DNA of 64,000 nucleotides from Nymphaea colorata. Lineage: Eukaryota. The stretch is from positions 22,692,001 to 22,756,000 of the forward strand of contig NC_045138.2 of NCBI RefSeq assembly GCF_008831285.2, in the 5' to 3' direction. Of this stretch, positions 53,649 to 64,000 are shown one piece after another. Within the stretch, counting starts at the first letter, position 1; each line of letters starts with the position of its first letter. The notes under the pieces are model-generated. The model did not search any database. It saw only the letters and a list, made by a program, of their open reading frames with translations, and had not been told where the DNA came from. The position numbers and the translations under genes are program-made.

Positions 53649-56600
53649 ACTATACTCCAAGCGGCAACACTAAGGTTGCGCCTGGTTGGTATTGCTCGTT
53701 CGGGCCTGTGCTGGTAGCTTGGTGCTCTACCTTGAGACATCAGACATGACTTAACCAAGACGGCTGCTCCTAAGCACTGGAATGACCTTTCCAGGACAGC
53801 CTCCTTCTATCTTCTCGACCAAGGCTGAGGTTTCTTTTCCTCGGGCAGCGTCATTCCTCGGCCGCAAGTCTTATTGCAGCCTCCTTGCTCTCAGTCCGGT
53901 CTTGCTCTACCGAACCTCTCAGGATGACAATGACCTGGTGTGGGCCATCTTCCTTTGGCTGCCGACCCTCTATGGCCATGCGTTGGGCTGCTGCCTCCCT
54001 CAGCTGCAGCTCTTCTTGCTCTGCCACTAGCTTCAGCCTCTTTCCGCTGTGGCTAAGGGCCTCGTTGCGCTCCTTTGGTGCAATTCCAACTGGCCTCGGC
54101 CACTCTATCGATGGCACTCGGCTGGGGTCAGAGTTGACTCGCAACAGTCCACCCTCCTTACATAGATCTTGACCCTAAGTTCTTGCTATATTCTCCTGGA
54201 GGTAAGACCGAAGCTCCTACTCTTCCTTCAATGGTCCTTCTTCATCATAGTTTGGCTCATAGTCTCTCGGTAAGAGTTCGACAGAAGTCTTACCTTGAGA
54301 AAACACCTTCCTAGGCCCTCTGGAGTAGACTTGAGTTATTCTCTTAGCTGGCCTAGTTATTAGCAACACCATTTGTTCCTCTCCCGACTTGAGACCGTAG
54401 TCTCGAAGAAGTTTTCCTAACAGTGTCCCTCGATGTCCTTTCCGTTATTTGGGGTTAACGTAGCCCTCAGCCCCTTGTTGCTCCCTTCTTCTGCTGGGCG
54501 CCAATACTATACGTGCCTATGTCTCTGCGGTTCACCTTCCTTGTATTAGTCGGTTTAACCCTTGAGCCAGTGCTCTCTGTCCTTGATCAAGTGCCCATAG
54601 CGTTGGGTTTTCTCTTACAAGGCCCTTGTATAGACGGGGCATGGGGCTCTTTGCTCATGCCCACCTCCGAAGCATTAGTCTCTTCTTCGGCTTGGGTAGC
54701 TCCACCCTCCTTAGACTTTGCCATAGGTGTTGTGAGGATAGGCGCCAATCGCCCTCTTTTCTCACCGCCTAAGGGTATTCTCTTGCTCGTCGTGCCTGTT
54801 GACGAGTTTCGGCCCCGTTTGGCCTCTTGTAAAAAGTCTGAACTTGTGGTCAGCTAGAAGCATGCTGTTCTTCTAGGGAATCAGGTTCGGGTTCCATCCA
54901 GGGTGTTGGGAATAGCTTGGGTGGACTTAGCCTTTTGGCTAGCGCCCTGTAAGGAAGTAGGTCATCTTCTAAGCTCGAGCTCTTTTCCTTGCCGATCTCT
55001 CCCAATGCTTGCCTCGGTAGGGTGTCCTTTCTGCTTCTTGCCGCAGCTCTCTCGGGTGATTGACTATATCCACCCTCCTTTGCAAGTTGCCTAAGGGCTG
55101 CGGGCCCTTGCATTGATGAGGCCTCTGACGCCTCTTTCCCAACTTCGTCCATGAGTTGATCTGAGCTCTGGCATGCGAGATTGACTTCTCGTATCCAATC
55201 GGCTGAAGTCCATGATTCCGCCGAGCTGGTTTGCTCAAGGACTGTTGGTCTGTCCATCATGATGAGGGCAGCTGTCAATTCCCTGTGGCTCGGGCTGGTG
55301 CTTCTTGGGCAGTTGGCAAAATCTGCCGATACGCCCGTGCATTTCCCATCCTTCTCACCTTGTCGGTCGCATCTTGCTGAGAGAAACTTGCGATTGCCTG
55401 GGCGTTCTCTGCGGCTCCGTACTGTGGGTGTTCTGCCAGGGTGTTGCTATAAGCACGTCGGTAAGCTCTACCATTCCTGGTCTTCCTTGGCTTGTACACC
55501 TTTGTTGGTTGCAGCTGCGAGCTTGCTTCAGGGCTGTTCCTTGTAGGCACAGCTGGGGGGTTGCTCACAGGCTGGTTGGCATATGCTCGTTGATAGGCCC
55601 GAACATTTCCAGTCTTCTTGGGCCTGTTTCTTTCAAGCGGTTGCGCCCTAGCCTTAATCTCAAGGCTGCTCATGTTGGGTTCACCAGAAGGAACCACTAT
55701 CGGTTGGTTGGAGTATGCGCATCGGCAGACTGTGGCATCTCCAATCTTCCTGGGCCTGACTACAGGTTCCGGTTGGGATCGAATCCCTTGCTCCCATGAT
55801 CTGTGTGCTATCGGGAGTGAGGCGCCACGTTCCTCATGTTGCTGGCTATTGTGGCGAGGTGGCTCAACCCTCATTGCTTGCGCCTGATTGGCGGGGCTGT
55901 CACGCTTCTCCACTGCGTGGACTTACATGCTTCTACTACCTGCAGGGCTCGGTTGAGAGGGTTCCACTGCTAGGGTATAATGGTACTCTCAGTTCCCAGC
56001 CTTGATTGCCTCTCTTGGGAGGATGTACACGGTCTCTTGCGGCTGCACCATTCGTCACGCTACTCCGAGCTTTCCCACTTGGGCGATGTTGGTGATGCAT
56101 AAGACTTGGCTTTGCGGGTTCATCCATACCTGGAAATGGTATTCTTCTAGCCCTAAGCCTTGGATGAGCATCTCGCACTCGGAACTTGACCCCCCTAGTT
56201 TGTATCTCCATCGAGACCCTTGTACGACTTCTGATCCTTGCCACAAGATTCATTTGTATGTGAACTGGCCCTCCTTGAAAGCATAGAAGACAACGTCCCA
56301 CTCTGGTTGGTTGGGACTTGACCTCCGGTGGTCACGAGGGCTGCTCGCCCTGTTGGTGCCGGTACTGCTGTAGTGGTTCTCGTAACAACATGCACCTAAA
56401 GTGTTTCCCGGCGTGTTGTAGTGATTAAATTCATGTCGCTCAACCGCTCTAGACTGCGAGTTTGCGACACTGGAGGGGGAGGATTATCATCCTCACTGTG
56501 AGAAGACCGCTCCTCTTCTTCGCCTTCTTGCTCTGTCTCCTCTTCCTCGGTAGACTCTTCTTCGAACTCCTCAACCGGCTCTTCGCCCGAATCTTCACTC

Positions 56601-56794
56601 GGGTTGGATGACAAATCTAAGTCACCATCCTCCTGCTGGTTGTACTCGTCCTAAGCTTCTGAATCTTCATTCGGGTACGGGTTGTAGACCTCGTTGTTTG
56701 AGTAGTCCTCATTTGGCCCATATGACTCATATCCTTCCGAGTATTGACTATGGGATGACTCGTTGTGCGAGTTCTCACTATTCCATGGAGACAT
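53649..56794 (-). pseudogene. Decayed long ORF of unknown function at the gag position (continues at ~47650-47916 beyond the hAT)
   Basis: ATG 56794 (MSPWNSENSHNESS...) is in frame with ORF-track pieces 56396-56614 and 56195-56395 across TAG stops. Further pieces follow at 55275-55913, 54850-55278 and 53851-54144. The N-terminus is acidic and the middle has 44-aa repeats. Confidence 0.65.
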
Positions 56795-57793
56795 GGCTGG
56801 AATTCTTCAACTAAATTCAAAAGCAACTAAAAGAAAAACTGTCGGCTGAATTTTCCAAGCGGGCTCTGATACCAACTGTCGAGTTGGTAACAGTCGATTG
56901 AGATCAGTTACTCTAATGCTCACCCTACTGAATTCAAATGCAACTAAAAAGAAAAACTGAAGCAATCGGCTGTGCCTCCCAACACGGCTCTGATACCAAC
57001 TGTCGAGGACCGAAACCCAGAGCTAGTGAAACCACTACCCTAAGCCGAATCCTCTACCGAAGACCTCTCGGGGGAGCCTAAAATCGAAAACTAACTAAGC
57101 AACTCCTATTACAAAAATAACTACGTCGAACAGGACCTCGGCTTGACACTAACAATAAGCAAAACAAAACTAAAACAAACACTAACCTATTGTCGTGGAC
57201 TAACGGCACACTCTGGTGGAAGAGGGTGGAATGGCTCGGTCCGCCTGACCGAGGGTGATGATGAACTATGGAAGCGACCCGCGTGGCCGTGGTCGGCGAT
57301 GATGCGAGAGGGCTCGGCCCGCCTAACCGAGGGAAGGAGGTGAGCGCAGAAGCTGCGGAAGATGGAGCTCGGCAACAACTGCTGTGATGTTGCGGAGGAA
57401 CCGCCGAGGGTGATGCGATGGCCTATGGTGCTCAGCCCGCCTGGCCGACATTGGAAGTGAGAGCACAGAACTACAAGCTGTTTAGATGGTGATGTGGAGA
57501 TGTAGGTCGGGGCATGGTGCTAGTGAGTGGACCGCCCACAGTGGTTGTCCACCTGGACGGAGCCTATCTACCGGACTCCAAGGAAAGGGGGCTAAGCTCG
57601 GAGTGAAGGACAAAGCTTAGTGGAGGAATGGTTGTGTTCTGGGCTAACCCGAGGTAGGTGCGCGGGTTTGGACAGGTTTGAGTAAGCTAGGGGTTGACTA
57701 CATTACTTCGGACTTGGCCTTGGTCAAAGTCAACCGAGGCTTGGAAGTTGGGTTAAGAGCTCGTGGTCACGAGGAGGAGTTAAGAGGGTGCGA

Positions 57794-58485
57794 CTATGTC
57801 ACCGTGGTACGTTAAAACTGTCAGCTTACCTGTACCGGTACGCCAGTACATTCTGGTACGTTTGGATCTAGTTCCAGATTGGAACTAGATCCAAACCATA
57901 TTCCCAACCAAAAAATACCTGACCGTTCATTGCGCTCCCTTCGTCTCGATTTTGTAAGTAGCGGTAGCAGGCTTTGGGCAGCGACAGAATAAACACGTTC
58001 GAATCAGTACTTGGTTTCTGCAGTCGTAAAAACTTGTTACAAGGCAGTGGAACTTCTTGAAAGTCTTCTTCCCTAATTCCTTCCCATTTATGAGATTGGC
58101 TTCTATCAAGCACCATACAACAAACCTCCCTAAACTAGCAAAATAGCATCGTCTAAATTTGAGGCCCTTTACAATTCAAGCAACTGGCACCATCTATTTA
58201 ATTAGTTTCTTTTCACTTTGGAGTTGGTTTGAGAAGCCATTCTTCTTTCTCTCTTGTTTTTTCGTCTCGATTTTTGTCGAAAACATATACAAAAATTCTA
58301 GAAGCTTGTGCATGTATTGCCCTCATATGCAAATTCTGGATGATATCATTTGTTTTTTTCAATTTTTTATTTTTTTCATTAAAAAAATCATATTATCATA
58401 GTAAAAGTTTTCCCGCACCGTACCAAGATTTGCAAAAACGCCGTACCCATACCCATTTTCCCATACCCATACCCAGGTGACATAG
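57794..58485. mobile_element. hAT-type MITE, CTATGTCAC-TIR family (692 bp), inserted in the right terminal repeat
   Basis: Ends ctatgtcacc / ggtgacatag. Perfect 8-bp TSD GGGTGCGA at 57786-57793 and 58486-58493. The empty site is visible in the left repeat (gggtgcaa, ~45852). Confidence 0.95.
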
Positions 58486-59324
58486 GGGTGCGAGGTTACG
58501 AGGGGAGTTATGGTTGGACTCGAGACTAGGGACAGAGTCAAGGCTAGGGCTTAGACTCAAGAGGGATTGCAAGACTACGAGGAATGAATTAGAGCTAGTC
58601 TCGGTAAGGGATGAGGGAGTTAAGGCAGGTGGTTAAGGCTAAACTCGGGAATGGAAGAGGGAGTTAAGGCCTAGCTAGGGACTCAGTGAGGATTTATGGA
58701 GGGGCTCAGATGAGGAGGAGTTAAGGCTCGGGTAAGAATACGGGATGGATTGAGGGGGATTACGAGAGAGAGGGGAGATGAAGGCGAGGTGAGTAATGAC
58801 TTACCTTTTAATGTGCCTTTGGAACTTGGAGGGCTTGGGCACCACGATGACGACACGTGGCAAGATGGGCGGTTGAAGATGAAGGCTTGATGGCACCTAG
58901 GGAGCTTGAAGGGCGTGGGCCCTAGGATGTTGACACGTGGCGTAAGGAAGGGTGGAGGTGATGGGCTGGAGCATTGAACACCTTGGGAAGTAGTGTGGGG
59001 AGGTTAATGCGCTCCGAGACCCCGCAAGTGATTAATGCTTCCCCGAAAGACGAAGCAACCCTTCTCACCAAGGCCGTTTGGGAAGCCAGTGAGCGGCGGT
59101 TGGGATGCCGCCGGGATAGTAGCAGCGGCGAGGATTCCGGCCGTGTGACTTGCGATTCCGGCCGTTCCTCTTTGGTCACCGTCCATGAGCGGATTTGAAC
59201 GCGACTCAGCCCAATGTTACTAGCTTGACTGGGCGATTCTTGCTAGGCTGCTGAAATGATCGCAGCCCCTCTCCACACTCGTGGTCACCTTCGGATGAAG
59301 TTTAGGATGAAGGCACCGCCGACA

Positions 59325-62300
59325 AATGCCTCCTTTTCAACCCACAAACAAGTTTTCCACCTTCCTAACCAAAATTTCACAGTGGTTTACATTGAGTTTA
59401 CCTTCAAAGAAAGAAACTCCATGGTAAATTATTGGCAGTTGGGCTGAATTCCAACTCAAACTATTCAGTCAAAAGTCTGCACTATCTATGTGCCATATGA
59501 AAAGGGATTGCTGAAGATGTTTTCATGTTAATATGTAGCCCTACCTTTTGACTAAACTCATAAACCTATTTCCCATTCATAATTGATTATTGATTTGCTT
59601 TGCAAAATAAAGTGATGAACAAAAAGTACTAGAATTCATAATACTATATTTTATGAATCTCAACAGTCTTATTCTTTCATGAATTTTTTTCCACCTTAAT
59701 CTTCTTGAATCTCAACCACTAAAATAAAAAGGTATCAAGTCATTGGGTTCCCTTAACTTAGAACCCTTATGCTGTCAAAATACCTTTTCTTCATGCCCAT
59801 TAGTGACCAAAATGATGCAAAATAAACTTAGCACATTATTCAATTCACCCATCAACTATTGAAACCCCAGTATATAAGGGCAAATTTAAGACATTTTCAC
59901 TTTATTTTAGCATATGACTTTGTAATGCCTAATTTTAATAGAAAAAAAGGATCATGTACAATAAAGGCTCACTGTTTCATATGAACAATATAAGCAATTA
60001 GTCCACACATCCTTTCTACCACAATATTGCCAAATCACCTTGTAAAGGCAATTACACAATGCTATAAGCGAAAACTCTTTTATATTATTGGTTACTTGAA
60101 CCTTTGAACTAATACAATATGAATTTTGTTGACTTTTTAAACATTTTTTTTCACATTTAGGGGACATTTGAGTGCCATAGACATCCCTCTGCAGATAGAC
60201 ATCCATGGATCTCTATCCATGGATGGAACTCCCTTTGGACAAAAATCTATGCTTAAAAAAAAAAAACAGTTATATGTGATTTGCATAGACAGATATCCAT
60301 GGTAAACTATGTTTGATAGAGGATGGACAAGATTTCGTTGACAAAAAAAAAAACCATTGTTTCCTACCAATAACAATAATAAAAGAAAAATTATAAGCAA
60401 TTTTGCCTCAAATTAAAGAAATCACACATTGCCTCTGTAGCATCCTGTCCCATCACATTCCAGAAATGTTGTTAAAAACCCACTAGACCCTATTGTTTTT
60501 CAATTCAAAGACTATCTTTTTATAGATATCATTCATGAAGTAGTCACAAAAGTTGCTCATTATCTTCTACTAAATTTTCATTCCTCCCATTACATTGTCT
60601 AGAAGCCTCACTGAATTATCTTCATCATTGAAAAACTCTTTAGAGTGATTACTGCATGAGATATGGATGACTTCCTCACATTTCACAATTATCAAACCGC
60701 TTCGTTTTACAATATTCTTGTCACCTGTCTATGATTCACAAAAGATTGATGAAAGGTAGTATTTCTATCACCATCTCTAAGCCTCTTTACCTATGACTTT
60801 TGCTTCCTAAATTCATTATCTTCTTTTATTGCCTTTTTTAACTCCTTTCTTAACCATAGCTCATACAACTAGTTTAATATCTACATGATCCCTCATATTT
60901 CTGAATCATATGCAAATACTCTCTAGTAGCTTTCATCCTCCCTTCTATACACCCAAAACACTATTTATTTCAATTTGACAAATTATTAAGGGTATGCTCC
61001 AATTTTTGAAGGATCTTTACCATAAAATAACCTCTCACTAGTACATTCTGGTTGTCTTTAACTACCTCTATACAATTTTCATGCAATATCCAATAGGTAA
61101 AATTTGAACAGACATCTCACAAATTTTCTTCCTACCTAATTTTCGACCAACATCAATAAGACACTAATCCATAATGGTGTGTGGCAGGGTCTTAAAGTTA
61201 AATCTATAGTTACCACTCCACCACCAGTCTATCCCAATTGAAATCCAATCAATTCTACAATTGATATTAGCTTCTCTCCAACTAAGGTGTTTCCACATTC
61301 AGCTAGTGTTTGGATTGTCAACCACATTGAGTTTGCATTCACTAATAAAATGATTGAAGTCTCTACATGAGGGCCAGATTTGGATATGTACTTGTTTTCA
61401 TCCCATAAGCCTCTTATCAATCAAAATCACTCATAAATACATAAGGCACAAACAAAGACCTAAAACACTGTTAAAAAAATTTATGAAGCTCTTTTTAATA
61501 ACATATTCTTATAAAGATAAACTCCAACTTCAACAAACACAAATCATGTTGCATTTGCATTATTCTGTTAACCATAATATGTCCCACGAGACAATCTTAA
61601 TATATACCCTTGTAAGTTCCCATTAACATATAACAATTCTTGCCTTCAATTTTTTTGTAGTGAAGTTGACAATATAACTCTATTTTCTATGCCATAAATA
61701 TAATTGATCAAACCAACAAGCTTTTATCATAGTATCTATTAAGAACATAAGATAGGGCGAGTAGGTTTGCATTAAATAATCAATCTCTTTGTGAGTCATA
61801 AACTAAACTAAACTAAACACCTTATGTTCTAGGTGATCAATTTCATTTCAACCCCAAATCAAGCATATCTTCTCCTGAGCTAAATTTCCTCACAGACTTC
61901 TTTCTTCGACACATCCACAAATATCCTCTTGCATTTTTTGACATCTCTTTTATGTAATCATGTGAATCTTTAATAATGATAGTGGTATCAATTTCGATTT
62001 GTGGCCTATTAGATTCAAACTAAAAGACTCCATCATGCACCTCTATTTCTTTTGTTTTACATTTAATAGCGTTAAATCGTTTAGAATGTGAAAGTTGATG
62101 CACCTCTTTTTATAAGTCCGAAAGTATGGATCCGAATGGGCTCCCACTTTCCTTCGGCCATGCTTTACTTAGGCTAACTCCTTCACTCATCTTATCATAT
62201 CCTTATGCATTCTCCTCCTCTTTATTATCCATTTCTCTCAACTCCACCCCCTTCCAACGATAAAAAAATCCAAGTAAAGAACTCAAAGATTTATTTAAAT

Positions 62301-63900
62301 TAATATTAAGCTAAACATTTAAAAAAAATGGGGATCCTCATCTCTTCTTTAATCATTAAAGAGGCACCCAAAAACCATCTGTAGGCCACCAGCATCTGTT
62401 CACCCAACTTCCATCCTCCTCAATGCAAAATTGATTGGAGTTCCTCCCTATCATCCACATGGACAAAAAACACATTACTATCTAGGAATGAAAACCTATG
62501 GTTTTTAACATTCTTCCACATCTGCCTAAGATTATGTATAATGAAAAAAAACATGGATGCTACATGATTCAAAGTCACTAATGAAACATGCCAACACCAT
62601 CCATTTAAATGGTTACTTCATCTCCTCCAACTCTGTGTTGGAAATAGCCAGCCAAGGCTTCTCTCCATCCATCTGATTGCTCAGATCCTGTCCATCTTTC
62701 CACAACTCCCAGCCATCTAACACCATCTCCACCCAAGGTTTCAACTGGAAATGGCTTCAACGATGGCGATCTACTGCATCATCCTTTGAGCTAGGGTTTT
62801 CTAAAGTTGAAAATCCTAAGCCCCCTTCCTTCAAACCCGGACACTCTCTCTATCTGTCATGGGTCAATCTAAATAAATGGTTGAGAAGTTATGCCCAAAA
62901 TTCATCTACTTTGAAAGAAAGAAATTTTTGAGAAAGAGTTGTTTTCCCTTGATTGGCCACTTAAACAAACATTTAGGGACATGTAACAAGATGGTCAACT
63001 TATAACTTGAATCAAACAGGCCTAATTGAAAAGCTTGTACCAAGTATCTCACAGAACTCAATGATTGAACAACAAAAAGCAGGACTCAACCAAAACACAT
63101 GGGCGAGGACATGTTTGGACACAACATATCTTTGGATTTTAGAGCATTTGGTTGGTCTTTTTGGATACTTGTTTTTGTCATGTGTATACCCAAATTCCAT
63201 GTGAATTGCTATAAGGAGTTTGGTCAGTATAACAATTTTTCTCATGAATTCTAACCAATTACTTTCATTACTACAATGACCCAATTGCTGAAATTTAATA
63301 TTGCTAATATACAAACAGGACCATGAGTTAATAATCGATTAACAGAATGTCTTGTCATATACCCAAAGATCTTTCAATCATTAATGAGACAATAAAGTTT
63401 TTTTCCGTATGAAAGTTTAAGTTTTTTAATTAGTATCATGCTATGGGATTAATCTTCTCCAAGCTTTCAACGATGTTGACCTTATAATACTTGGTTGTGT
63501 ACAACATCCGTAGAATTTATTTTTCTTCTCAAATTTTAACTAAGAACTAAATTCCGGATGTGTTAATAGTAAATTCGGTTCAACTTTTAATCTGCATGAA
63601 ATTCTGATACTAAATCAATATGAATCTGAGTTCCTGTTAGTTATGTAGTTCAGTCGACGGCAATGGTAGACTTTGGACTTGTTCATCTTCTCTATTCTGA
63701 GCATTTCAAACATAAAACATAGTTACATGATTGCTGCATAATTTCATTCTCGTTCTTGAAATACGAAGATCTGGACATTTCGTTCTCCCATCCGTTGCAT
63801 TTAGGAGCTGTTTGGGAACAATATCAGTCTATCTGCATCATGTCTATTGAGGACAAGAAAACTTTGTCTCCGCTAGCGTGTCGTGTCTACTGGGGACATG
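59325..63900 (-). mobile_element. Degenerate L1 LINE, 5' part (ORF1 remnant, APE endonuclease, RT)
   Basis: EFSLIALCNCLYKVI (~60040-60080; cf. DFRPISLCNVxYKI), RDFNHFISECKL (~61340-61365) and LPIIYHGVSFFEGKL..KVENLFVG*KG (~59330-59440). Heavily decayed; the 5' boundary is uncertain. Confidence 0.75.
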
Positions 63901-64000
63901 CTGCTCTTGTTCTTGTTCTTGAATGTTTATGGAGCAAGTTGTTCCAGACACAGTCGTTGCAACGATGAAACCCCTCTGAGATCATCTTGTGCAGTAACCT

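Larger units (their letters stand above)
45423..59324 (-). mobile_element. Non-autonomous LTR-type retroelement (LARD-like) with ~1.2-kb direct repeats and no pol
   Basis: Direct repeats at ~45423-46631 and ~57249-59322 (the latter interrupted by a MITE). PBS tggtatcagagcc (-) abuts tgtcg at 57001, and the right block reads tgtcg...cgaca. No RT or integrase motifs were seen in the interior. Confidence 0.8.

Noticed and set aside
53782..56286. Plus-strand ORFs opposite the orphan retroelement ORF
   Set aside because: Antisense shadows of the minus-strand frame.

Overview
Plant (angiosperm) nuclear DNA with three intron-containing host genes on the + strand. These are the last two exons of an Lhcb7-type chlorophyll a/b-binding gene (to 1607), a 13-exon lipid-droplet-associated hydrolase-like gene (7041-22017) and a complete 19-exon PFP alpha-subunit gene (30839-39494). 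The rest is largely transposon-derived. The hydrolase introns hold a near-intact Ty1/copia element, a CRM-like TRIM and a hAT MITE. The last ~21 kb is a nest: a degenerate L1 LINE (~43.3-63.9 kb) is split by a pol-less LTR-type element (45.4-59.3 kb), which in turn carries a 5.7-kb hAT transposon and a hAT MITE. Two things stand out. (i) The LTR-type element has two tandem tRNA-Met PBSs, staggered terminal repeats and, where gag should be, a decayed ~1,000-codon ORF with no recognisable gag/pol motifs but an exact 44-aa repeat. (ii) The hAT carries host gene fragments (casein kinase 1 and a PDR/ABCG transporter) next to its own transposase. All identifications were made by eye from translated motifs; no database search or alignment was run.
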